Assembly: GCA_938003525.1 (NCBI GenBank)
Contig: CALKYM010000053.1
Location: forward strand, 882 to 64,881
Source: an uncultured Planctomycetales bacterium
GTDB taxonomy: Bacteria > Planctomycetota > Planctomycetia > Pirellulales > JAEUIK01
Direction of reading: 5' to 3'
DNA length: 64,000 nucleotides
Shown: in pieces, positions 47,652 through 59,322 of the stretch
Layout: each line of letters starts with the position of its first letter
Position numbering within the stretch: position 1 is the stretch's first letter
Notes under the pieces: generated by a model
Seen by the model: the letters and a program-made list of their open reading frames with translations, nothing else
Databases searched by the model: none
What the model was told of the DNA's origin: nothing
Made by a program: the position numbers and the translations under genes

Positions 47652-48425
47652 TCAGCCGTTGTCCGTCTCGCCGGCCATGTGCAACTCGACGCCGGCTGCC
47701 ACGACTTTGCTCCGCCAGTCTTCGGTGATTTCGTTGTCGACAACCAGATGATCGATCGCGTCGAGCTCACACAGGTGAGCCAGACTCTGCCGGCCAAACT
47801 TGGTGCTGTCGGCCACCACGATCACCTCGTCCGACGCCTGCATCATGGCCTGTTCGGTCTGCACCAGGAGCAGGTTGCTGTTGTAGTAGCCGCGCTCGGT
47901 AACGCCGCCGACGCTGAGCACGGTCCGCCGCACCCCCAGCGACCCAAGCATCTCGTTGGCATAGGGTCCGAGCATCACGCCCGTGCGGGGATATACGTAC
48001 CCGCCGACGAGCACCAAGTCGGTATCGACGTTCGAAGCAAACAGGTTGGCCACCGGCAGGCTGTTGGTCACCACCTGCAGCGTCCGCCCCACCAGCAGCC
48101 GCGCGACCTCGTAAGTTGTCGTTCCCCCATCGAGCAGTACCGTGTCGCCATCCTCGATCAGCGTGGCGGCGACTTCCGCGATGCGGCGCTTCTTGTCCCA
48201 CTGCTCCGGTTGCCGCTCTTCAAAGTGCGGTAGCTGCGGACGGTCGCCCGCGTAGAACACGCCGCCGTGCGTCCGCTTTGCCGAGCCGGCCTCCTCCAAC
48301 TGGTCCAGGTCGCGGCGAATCGTGGCCTTCGAGACCTGCATCTCTTCGGCCAGCTCCGGCAACGACGCAAACCCCCGCAAGCGAACGAGTTCCAGCAATC
48401 TACTGCGACGTTCCTCAGCCAACAC
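47652..48425 (-). CDS. DeoR/GlpR-family transcriptional regulator
   Basis: 257-aa ORF (GTG 48425 or TTG 48422). ERRSRLLELVRLRGFASLPELAEEMQVSKATIRRDLDQLEE is the HTH. The C-terminal sugar-phosphate-binding domain has LDGGTTTYEVARLL. Confidence 0.85.
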   Translation of the reverse strand: MLAEERRSRLLELVRLRGFASLPELAEEMQVSKATIRRDLDQLEEAGSAKRTHGGVFYAGDRPQLPHFEERQPEQWDKKRRIAEVAATLIEDGDTVLLDGGTTTYEVARLLVGRTLQVVTNSLPVANLFASNVDTDLVLVGGYVYPRTGVMLGPYANEMLGSLGVRRTVLSVGGVTERGYYNSNLLLVQTEQAMMQASDEVIVVADSTKFGRQSLAHLCELDAIDHLVVDNEITEDWRSKVVAAGVELHMAGETDNG

Positions 48426-48466
48426 GAGAGCACCGCCCTGTGCACGGAGACACTGGTTTCTGCACG

Positions 48467-48498
48467 ATTATGAACATATTTGTGATTGATTGCAATCA
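48467..48498 (-). promoter_or_regulatory. candidate sigma70-type promoter with overlapping 12-bp palindromic operator upstream of the DeoR/BMC operon
   Basis: On the minus strand, TTGCAA (48490..48495) is followed by a 17-nt spacer and CATAAT (48467..48472), about 42 nt upstream of the deoR start. The perfect palindrome TGATTGCAATCA (48487..48498) covers the -35. It sits in a ~70-bp AT-rich island within otherwise GC-rich DNA. Confidence 0.35.
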
Positions 48499-48632
48499 TT
48501 TATTGACACATTTCAGCGTCAAAATGCGCACAACGTCGAGCGTATCGTGTCACCCATGCGCTGGTTTTTGAGGACTTTCGTGCATGCGACGAGCGTCTGG
48601 TCGATCGGGCGACGCCGCCGGAAAATGTCTCC

Positions 48633-49145
48633 ATGCCCCGGGTTCTGCACATGTTCCGCACGCTCGACAGCCCGCCGAAAGCCCCTGCGGTAAACGGCGT
48701 CAGGCTACGGAACTACGAGAGACCTGCCGACATCGAACGGTGGCTGGAACTGCGCCGCCGCTGCTTTGCCCGAGAGCGGCTGGGAGTCGAAAGTTGGGCA
48801 GCAGCGGATTTCCACCGCGCCGTACTGGAGCAGCCGTGGTGGAATCCCGCACGGCTGTGGTTTGCAGAGCGCAAAGGACTCCTGCGGACATCAGGCGCGC
48901 CGGCCGGAAGCGTCATCCTTGCCGACCGCGCGACAGAGAACGGCACCGTCCCTGTCGTTCACTGGCTCATGGTCGCGCCCAGCTTCCGCGGCCGCGGTAT
49001 CGGGCGGCTGCTGCTCACCGCCCTGGAAACCACTTGCTGGGAGAACGGCTGCCGCGAGATCCGACTGGAGACCTACGCCGAGTGGACTGCAGCCGTCGGG
49101 CTGTACAAGGCGCAGGGGTACGAATTAGTGGATGACGAGAGCTAG
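48633..49145 (+). CDS. GNAT-family N-acetyltransferase
   Basis: 170-aa ORF with ATG at 48633. WLMVAPSFRGRGIGRLLLTALE is the acetyl-CoA motif A, and the C-terminus has YKAQGYELV. Confidence 0.75.
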   Translation: MPRVLHMFRTLDSPPKAPAVNGVRLRNYERPADIERWLELRRRCFARERLGVESWAAADFHRAVLEQPWWNPARLWFAERKGLLRTSGAPAGSVILADRATENGTVPVVHWLMVAPSFRGRGIGRLLLTALETTCWENGCREIRLETYAEWTAAVGLYKAQGYELVDDES

Positions 49146-49246
49146 GTTACATCAATCATGGCGCCGATTCTCGCGTCGGCAAGCGTCCACACCCCGCACG
49201 CGATCTCGCGACCAATTGGGAGACGGCCATGGTTGCAGCCCAGCGT

Positions 49247-49849
49247 TCAGAGCTTCTCAACCAAACAAGACCAACCCAGGAAACGTGCCTGGAAGCTCGG
49301 CGCTTCATCGAATCGGAACTCGTGTAAGTCCAGAATGTGAAACGAGGGGCCGAGCTCGTCACGAATCTCCTTCTCGGTAACCACCGGTGGGCCGGGGTCG
49401 TGGGGCTCACGCGCGTTGCCGGCCAGAATCAGTCCTCTGGCACCCGAAGCTAACTGGTGTGCGACGTTCGCCGCGTACTCATCCGACGCGGCTCGGCGAA
49501 CCGCGTGGTAACAACCGCGATCGAAGAAGAACTCAAACTGGCCATCAAATTCAGGCAAGTCGAACACATCGGCCACGATGAACTGCACTTTGACCCCGGC
49601 GGCACGAGCGCGTCGTTCCGCCTGCTCGACCGCCAGCGGAGCCACGTCGATGCCGGTGACCTCGAAGCCCTGCTGTGTCAGCCAGACACTATTGCTTCCG
49701 GTTCCGCAGCCCAACTCGAGCGCACGACACGGCTGTATCGAGTCTTGGCTGACGACACGCTGCAACTCGGAAGAAGGCCGCCCCGTGTCCCAAGGCAGAT
49801 CACCGACCCGATAGCTTTCGTTCCAATCTCTGTGTTCTGTCATGACCAT
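49247..49849 (-). CDS. class I SAM-dependent methyltransferase (TPMT-like)
   Basis: 200-aa ORF. WNESYRVGDLPWDTGRPSSEL and motif I ALELGCGTGSNSVWL are present. Confidence 0.75.
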   Translation of the reverse strand: MVMTEHRDWNESYRVGDLPWDTGRPSSELQRVVSQDSIQPCRALELGCGTGSNSVWLTQQGFEVTGIDVAPLAVEQAERRARAAGVKVQFIVADVFDLPEFDGQFEFFFDRGCYHAVRRAASDEYAANVAHQLASGARGLILAGNAREPHDPGPPVVTEKEIRDELGPSFHILDLHEFRFDEAPSFQARFLGWSCLVEKL

Positions 49850-49882
49850 TGCTCAACGAGCCCGTAAGACGCCGTCAACCGA

Positions 49883-50530
49883 TCATGCGTCCGCGTCATC
49901 AATCCGCACGCGCGATCCCTCGATGTGCAGCCGGCCGGCGGCGAACAGGCGGAGGGCCTCGGGATAGGCTTCGCATTCGGAGGCGAACACCCGGGCGGCG
50001 AGCGACTCGGGCGTGTCGTCGGCGCGGACTTCGACGGTCCGCTGCAGAATGATCGGGCCGTGGTCGTACTCGTCGTCGACGAAATGCACGGTGCAGCCGC
50101 TCTGTTTCTCGCCGGCGGCCAACACCGCCTCGTGCACGCGGCGGCCGTAGAAGCCTTCGCCGCAATACGCAGGAATTAGCGCCGGATGAATGTTGAGCAC
50201 GCGGCCGACGAAATCGTCGGGCACCCGGATGCGCTTGAGGAATCCCCCCAGCACAACGACATGGACATCCGCCGCGCGGACAGCCTCGAAGAGCGGTTTG
50301 CTGAACGCGGCGTCGTCGGCATAGTCACGACGCAACACGACCTGCGTGGGAATGCCGGCCTCCTTGGCAATCTCCAAGCCACCTGCTTTCGAGTTGCTGG
50401 AGACAACCAGTCGTACCTCCGCGTCGAGTTGGCCCGCAGCGATCTTCTCGAGCAGATTGCGGAGCGTCGTTCCGCCACCCGAGATGAAGACGGCCAGCCG
50501 CAGCGGTGAGTACTTGGGACGTGTGGACAT
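49883..50530 (-). CDS. purN: phosphoribosylglycinamide formyltransferase
   Basis: 215-aa ORF with ATG at 50530. RLAVFISGGGTTLRNLLE, VVLGGFLKRI, LNIHPALIPAYCG and GCTVHFVDDEYDHGPII are present. Confidence 0.9.
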   Translation of the reverse strand: MSTRPKYSPLRLAVFISGGGTTLRNLLEKIAAGQLDAEVRLVVSSNSKAGGLEIAKEAGIPTQVVLRRDYADDAAFSKPLFEAVRAADVHVVVLGGFLKRIRVPDDFVGRVLNIHPALIPAYCGEGFYGRRVHEAVLAAGEKQSGCTVHFVDDEYDHGPIILQRTVEVRADDTPESLAARVFASECEAYPEALRLFAAGRLHIEGSRVRIDDADA

Positions 50531-50592
50531 GGCGGGCCATGGCCCTGGGACGACGAAACCAGCAACGCAGGACTGCGCGAGTCAGGGGATTC

Positions 50593-53982
<3,390 letters not shown>

Positions 53983-54172
53983 CGGCGTGGCGAACTCACA
54001 GCGGCGCGGCTAGGCGTGGCCTGCGCTTCAGGACGTGCTGCGCGCGGCCGCAGCGCCGCACGATCGGCAAGACGCTGAGTAAACCACGGTACTGATTCTT
54101 TTGCAATTGCGGCAAATGGCGCGGCAGAGAACCTGTCGCGAGCTAGTTGCGACACAGCGGTCCGGGCTTGAG

Positions 54173-55000
54173 TTACCCTGCCATCTCCGCCAGCACGCCG
54201 TGCACGATGCGGCGTAACTTGGGCTCGGCTTCGTTGGCCGTGGTGATGATCTCGTCGATGTTCACCGGCTGCAAGGCATCCGGCAGACACATGTCGGTCA
54301 CGATCGAGAGACCGAGCACACGCAGACCCGCGTGTGCCGCGACAATCACCTCGGGCACCGTCGACATTCCAACAACATCGGCGCCGATCATCCGCAAAAA
54401 ACGGTATTCGGCCCGCGTCTCCAAATTCGGTCCCGTCACGGCGACGTACACGCCGCGATGCGCCACGACGTCCGCGCGCCGCGCCACCCGCATCGCGACG
54501 TCGACCAGTTCGAGATCGTAGGGCTCACACATGTCCGGAAAGCGCGGGCCGAGATTGTCGTCGTTGACACCGATCAGCGGGTTGTCGCTCATCAAATTGA
54601 TGTGGTCTTCTATGACCATGATGTCGCCGCTCGCGTATTGCGGGTTCATGCCACCACCCGCGTTCGAGACGACGAGCGTCTTCGCCCCGAGGGCCTTCAT
54701 TACGCGCACGGGAAACGTGATCTGCTGGAGCGAGTAGCCCTCGTAGGCGTGCAAGCGGCCTTCCATCGCCACGACCGAATGCCCCTCGAGCCGGCCCAAG
54801 ACCAGGCGGCCGGAGTGCCCTACGGTCGTTGACTGTGGGAAGTGGGGAATCGCTTCGTACTGAAACGATGCTTCGACGTCGATCTGTTCGGCCAGGCCTC
54901 CCAAGCCCGTGCCGAGGATGACTCCCACTTGAGCAGGCCCCTGCCACTTCTTGCGAATGGCGGCGGCCGCTTCATCGATTTGCGCAGCGAGCTCCAGCAT
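54173..55000 (-). CDS. purine nucleoside phosphorylase (trimeric PNP/MTAP family, inosine/guanosine type)
   Basis: 275-aa ORF with ATG at 55000. [33 protein letters not shown] and [10 protein letters not shown] are present. Confidence 0.85.
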   Translation of the reverse strand: MLELAAQIDEAAAAIRKKWQGPAQVGVILGTGLGGLAEQIDVEASFQYEAIPHFPQSTTVGHSGRLVLGRLEGHSVVAMEGRLHAYEGYSLQQITFPVRVMKALGAKTLVVSNAGGGMNPQYASGDIMVIEDHINLMSDNPLIGVNDDNLGPRFPDMCEPYDLELVDVAMRVARRADVVAHRGVYVAVTGPNLETRAEYRFLRMIGADVVGMSTVPEVIVAAHAGLRVLGLSIVTDMCLPDALQPVNIDEIITTANEAEPKLRRIVHGVLAEMAG

Positions 55001-55003
55001 GGC

Positions 55004-55306
55004 TCAGTCGTCCTCGTCTTCGAACCCGTCGACGTATTCGCCATTGCCGGTCGCGTGACCGAGCGCATCGCCGTCATCCATGCCTTCGATGTCTTCGTCG
55101 CCGAGATCTTCGAAGTCTTCGTCGAAGTCGTCGTCGAAATCATCGAAGTCGTCGTCATCGCCGTCGTCGTCCAATTCGTCGTCGTCGTCGTCTGCTGCCG
55201 CACAGCGGGGCGTGGTGATGAGGTCCGGGCCACGCGATTCGCCGCGTGCCCACTCGTCCAAATGCCAAGGCGCGAGCTCAAGTTGTGCGTTGTCTGGTGC
55301 GGACAT
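55004..55306 (-). CDS. small hyper-acidic protein, translationally coupled to the phosphorylase gene
   Basis: ORF 55004..55429, with the start moved to ATG 55306. The stop lies 4 nt before the PNP start. The sequence is MSAPDNAQLELAPWHLDEWARGESRGPDLITTPRCAAADDDDDELDDDGDDDDFDDFDDDFDEDFEDLGDEDIEGMDDGD... Confidence 0.55.
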   Translation of the reverse strand: MSAPDNAQLELAPWHLDEWARGESRGPDLITTPRCAAADDDDDELDDDGDDDDFDDFDDDFDEDFEDLGDEDIEGMDDGDALGHATGNGEYVDGFEDEDD

Positions 55307-55878
55307 AAGGATGGACACGACAGGCTCCTCGAATACGTTGGCCCGGCAACGAGCCGATCTGTTTTTCGTCCGAGCTATGCGACGGCTGCCGACGAACGAG
55401 AACGACTGCGACGCCCTACACGCCGACAAGCGGTGTTAGTAGCCCACTCCCGCGTGTAGTGTCAAGCGTCTGGGACTGGCAGGACTTGGCGAGGCACTCC
55501 CTCGTTCTTGCGGGCGTTATGGCCAGCGAAGATCCGCCGCGTTGTAGACCAACCGGGCAAAGTCACGAGCCGCTGATCGTGTCGAACCAGAGGCTGCCGT
55601 TACAGCGTCGTCGCCACCTCCGAAGCTGAATAACCGAGAGGCCCTAAGCTGCATTGACCATGATGCTTAGGCCTCGTAGACTGCGGAGTCAGGCCCATCC
55701 GGCGCCGGGTAGTACGCCTGGAACCGCTCGGCGGCCAGAAGCCCCGACGAGGCCCACAGAGTAGTTTTGAAAGGATCGGCGAGTCGCGATGAGAGCCGAT
55801 CTGGGCCAACCGAGAATCCGAATTGTTTTCGGACCACTAGTCGAACTCTAGCCACCCCCGCTCCCCACGACGCTCCGC

Positions 55879-56634
55879 ATGGGTGTTCGACGCGCCATCA
55901 TCAGCGATGTGCACAGCAACCTGGAGGGACTCCAGGCCGTGCTGGCCGACATCAAGCAGCAGGGGATTACGGAGATTTATTGCCTGGGCGACATCGTCGG
56001 ATACGGTCCCAATCCGCGGGAATGCATCGACCAGATCATGTCTTGCAACGTCTGCCTGTTGGGAAACCACGATCAGGGGGCATTATTCGATCCTGAAGGC
56101 TTCAACGCGGGGGCCGAACGGGCCATCTTCTGGACGCGGCAACAGCTCGAAAGCCAGAGCGGCAACCCCGACGACAACGCCCGCCGCTGGGACTTCCTCG
56201 GCGAGCTACCCCGCAATCGACGTGAGAACGGCCTGCTGTTCGTTCACGGATCGGCCCGCAATCCGCTCAGCGAATACGTCTTCCCAGAAGACATCTACAA
56301 CCAGCGAAAGATGGAAAAGATCTTTTCGCTGATCGAACAGCACTGCTTCCAGGGTCACACTCATGTGCCCGGGGTGTTCACCGACGGCTTGCAGTTCCAC
56401 AGCCCCGATGAAATCGGCTACCAGCATCGACTAGGCGAGGGAAAGACGATGGTCAACGTCGGCTCGGTCGGACAGCCTCGCGACGGCGATCCTCGGGCCT
56501 GTTACGTCGTGCTCGAGGACGACCTGGTGACGTTCCGGCGTGTGGAATACCCGGTTGAAGAGACCGTCCGCAAGATCTACGACACGCCCGAGCTGGATAA
56601 TTTTCTCGGCGACCGGCTCCGCGACGGGCGCTGA
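55879..56634 (+). CDS. metallophosphoesterase-family protein (YfcE/Icc-like)
   Basis: 251-aa ORF with ATG at 55879. [30 protein letters not shown] and GHTHVP are the five metallophosphoesterase motifs. Confidence 0.85.
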   Translation: MGVRRAIISDVHSNLEGLQAVLADIKQQGITEIYCLGDIVGYGPNPRECIDQIMSCNVCLLGNHDQGALFDPEGFNAGAERAIFWTRQQLESQSGNPDDNARRWDFLGELPRNRRENGLLFVHGSARNPLSEYVFPEDIYNQRKMEKIFSLIEQHCFQGHTHVPGVFTDGLQFHSPDEIGYQHRLGEGKTMVNVGSVGQPRDGDPRACYVVLEDDLVTFRRVEYPVEETVRKIYDTPELDNFLGDRLRDGR

Positions 56635-56863
56635 TTTGCGGGCTTTCGCCTCCTGCGCCGCCGAAAGAAGCCCACGCGTGGGCCGAATAGCCTCAGTGGC
56701 GGCCAAGTGGCCTCGGCAAGCGTGCTACAGAACGTAGAATGGCGGAGGCGGTCGGCCTGTTGAGCCAGCCCAGCGGCCGTCAGAAACGCGGGCTGGAAGC
56801 GCCACGACGCGGCAGCACGCATCTTCTCCGTCGCGGCAAATTGCCCCCAGAAAGCACTAGGGC

Positions 56864-59260
56864 ATGGATCGACGTTTCCTGGCATTCCTGCTGGTTGCAC
56901 TCGTCATTCTGACAGCCAACCAATTCATCGTGGCGTGGCTCTTTCCCCCGCCGCCGCGACCTGCCGCGCAACAAGCTGATGCCCAGCCCGGCGATGACGC
57001 TGCTGTCGACGCAGATGCCGCTCGGCGTGACGGTCGGGAAGGCCCAGCCGGTGATGCTGCTGCACCGCCAGGCGATGAAGCCACCGAGTCAGACGTAGCC
57101 GGCGAAGCCGACACTGAACTGGTGGCCGGTGGCGCGGCCGACGATGCCGAAGCGGCGGTTGAAGAACATCCCGAAAAGTTCGCAACTTTGGGTTCGGTCG
57201 ACCCCAGTAGCGGCGCGCGGCTGCTGGTCGTCTTCAGCAGCCAGGGCGCGACCATCGATCGAGTCGAGATGGCCGAGCCCAACTTCCGCGACATCGAACG
57301 CCGCTGGGGTTATCTCGGCTATCTGGCCGTCGAGCTGCCCGATAGCCAGGCTGGCGCTCGAGTGCGACTCGTCCCGCCAGGCACGCCAGCAGAAAGCGCT
57401 GGACTGCGCCCGGGTGATTTGATTGTGGCCGTCGACGGCAACCCAATCGGGAGTCCGAAAGGTCTTGACGCCGTACTAGAAACGACGAAGCCCAACCAGG
57501 AGATCCGCCTCACTGTCGAACGTGCTGAGGAGATACTTGACCTGGTCGCCAAACTCACGCGGCGCCCACTGCATCTCATCGAACCTGAATCAACCGACGG
57601 CGCCCCGCGCGATCCGCTCTCGTTTCGCATGACGCTCGCGGAATTGGACGGACGCGAGAAACCAGAAGACGCAGAAATCGCCGACCTCGATTTGCTCGAC
57701 GCCAACTGGGAACTGGCAGCCGCCGACGAGAACCACGTCGAGTTTCGCCAAAGTGTGCCTGGAGCCGATCTGCAAGTCTTCAAGCGGTTTTCTGTTTCGC
57801 CACCCGCTGAAAACGATCCCGGCTACGCCATCGGGATGGAGATCGAGATTCGCAACTCGGGCGACGCGGGCAGCACGCACGAGGTTGCCTACTGGCTCCA
57901 GGGCCCCAACGGACTGCCCCGCGAAGGTTGGTGGTACGCCCAGCGCGTCAGCCGCAGTTGGTCCTCGACCGGCCTGCGCGATGTCATCGTCGGCCTGGAT
58001 CACGGCGACTACATCGAGCACGGCAGCAAGCGCTGCCTGGAGATCATCGACGACGAGCCCATCTCACCGTGGACGTTACCCGTCGAGTACATCGGCGTCG
58101 ATGCCCAGTATTTCACGGCCGTGCTGATGCCCGACCCCGCAGGAGCCCGGGCGGGCGACGCTCGCTGGTTTGAGAGCAGCGTGCCGGTGCAGCTCGGCCC
58201 GATTCCCGACGAGTCGCGTAAGCGGAACCTGACCAACGTCACGTTCGAGCTCACAAGCGTCACGCAATCGCTTGTCCCCGGCGACCGGATACTGCACGAC
58301 TTTCAGATCGTGCTCGCGCCCAAGAAACCAGAGGTGCTGGCCAACTACGGGCTCGACCAGCTCTTGTACTACGGTTGGTTCAGTCCGGTGTCGAAGCTGC
58401 TGCTGGTCGTGCTGCACTTCTTCCACGACTACGTGACGTTCGGCAACTACGGCCTGGCCATCATCATGCTCACGGTGATGGTCCGCCTGTCGATGTTCCC
58501 GCTCAGCCGCAAACAAGTGCAGGGCATGCAAAAGATGCAGGAGCTGCAACCCGAAATGCAGCGGCTGCAAGAGAAATACAAGAACGACCCGCAGAAGCGT
58601 CTGCAGGCCCAACAGAAGCTGTTCCGTGAGGCCAATTACAACCCGCTGAGCGGCTGTCTGCCGGTGCTCATACAGTTGCCGATCTTCATCGGGCTGTACC
58701 GTGCACTGTTGGTCGACGTCGAGCTGCGGCAGGCTCCGCTGATCACCGAGTCGCTCGGTTGGGCCTCGAATCTGGCGGCCCCCGACATGCTGTTCAACTG
58801 GGAGAGCTTCATGCCGTCGTTCGTCGTCGGCTTGTTGGGTCCGTATTTCAATCTGCTGCCGCTGGCCACCGTGGGCTTGTTCCTCTGGCAGCAAAAGATG
58901 TTCATGCCGCCGCCCACCACCGAGCAGCAGGCGGCCACCCAGAAGATGATGAACGTGATGATGGTCTTCATGGGCTTCTTGTTCTTCAAGGTACCCAGCG
59001 GCCTGTGCGTCTACTTCATCGCCTCCAGCTTGTGGGGTATTCTCGAGCGAAAGCTGCTGCCACGCGCCGCTCCGGCAGGCGACACGCCATCGTCGGGAGG
59101 CGGCAAGTCATCGGGTGGGGGTGGTTCCGGGCCCTCGCGCGGCAAAGCTCCCGACAAGTCGCCCTCGCCCATCGAGCGGCTGGCCCAGTGGGCCGACAAG
59201 CAGAACGGCGCCAACGGCAACCGCTCGCCACAGAAACGCCGCAAGCAGAAGCGCCGCTAG
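56864..59260 (+). CDS. yidC: membrane protein insertase YidC, long form with PDZ-like insertion
   Basis: 798-aa ORF with ATG at 56864. The C-terminal core is MFPLSRKQVQGMQKMQELQPEMQRLQEKYKNDPQKRLQAQQKLFREANYNPLSGCLPVLIQLPIFIGLYRAL, followed by a basic tail. The periplasmic region contains GTPAESAGLRPGDLIVAVDGNPIGS. Confidence 0.9.
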   Translation: MDRRFLAFLLVALVILTANQFIVAWLFPPPPRPAAQQADAQPGDDAAVDADAARRDGREGPAGDAAAPPGDEATESDVAGEADTELVAGGAADDAEAAVEEHPEKFATLGSVDPSSGARLLVVFSSQGATIDRVEMAEPNFRDIERRWGYLGYLAVELPDSQAGARVRLVPPGTPAESAGLRPGDLIVAVDGNPIGSPKGLDAVLETTKPNQEIRLTVERAEEILDLVAKLTRRPLHLIEPESTDGAPRDPLSFRMTLAELDGREKPEDAEIADLDLLDANWELAAADENHVEFRQSVPGADLQVFKRFSVSPPAENDPGYAIGMEIEIRNSGDAGSTHEVAYWLQGPNGLPREGWWYAQRVSRSWSSTGLRDVIVGLDHGDYIEHGSKRCLEIIDDEPISPWTLPVEYIGVDAQYFTAVLMPDPAGARAGDARWFESSVPVQLGPIPDESRKRNLTNVTFELTSVTQSLVPGDRILHDFQIVLAPKKPEVLANYGLDQLLYYGWFSPVSKLLLVVLHFFHDYVTFGNYGLAIIMLTVMVRLSMFPLSRKQVQGMQKMQELQPEMQRLQEKYKNDPQKRLQAQQKLFREANYNPLSGCLPVLIQLPIFIGLYRALLVDVELRQAPLITESLGWASNLAAPDMLFNWESFMPSFVVGLLGPYFNLLPLATVGLFLWQQKMFMPPPTTEQQAATQKMMNVMMVFMGFLFFKVPSGLCVYFIASSLWGILERKLLPRAAPAGDTPSSGGGKSSGGGGSGPSRGKAPDKSPSPIERLAQWADKQNGANGNRSPQKRRKQKRR

Positions 59261-59322
59261 TTCCGATTGAACGTCTCGCGATGTCGCCGTGAGCCCCGGT
59301 CACGGCAGGGACGGGCGTCTTT

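Noticed and set aside
55080-55200. GTC/GTCGTC trinucleotide run that looks like a microsatellite
   Set aside because: It is the coding sequence, in minus-strand GAC codons, of the poly-Asp tract of the hyper-acidic protein. It is in frame throughout and interrupted by Phe/Glu/Gly codons, so it is not a non-coding simple repeat.
55440-55870. tmRNA (ssrA) gene hypothesis for the structured spacer
   Set aside because: The minus strand shows a convincing tmRNA-like 5' end (GGGGGUGGCUAGAGUUCGAC). A possible tag frame ends ...DSAVYEA-UAA inside a hairpin. However, I could not find a T-arm (GG-UUCGA-UCC type) or a 3' acceptor strand complementary to GGGGGUG followed by (A)CCA, on either strand, within 600 nt. 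The plus-strand alternative has the right length but a mispaired acceptor stem and an imperfect T-loop (UCGAACU). It is kept as an open finding, not called as a feature.
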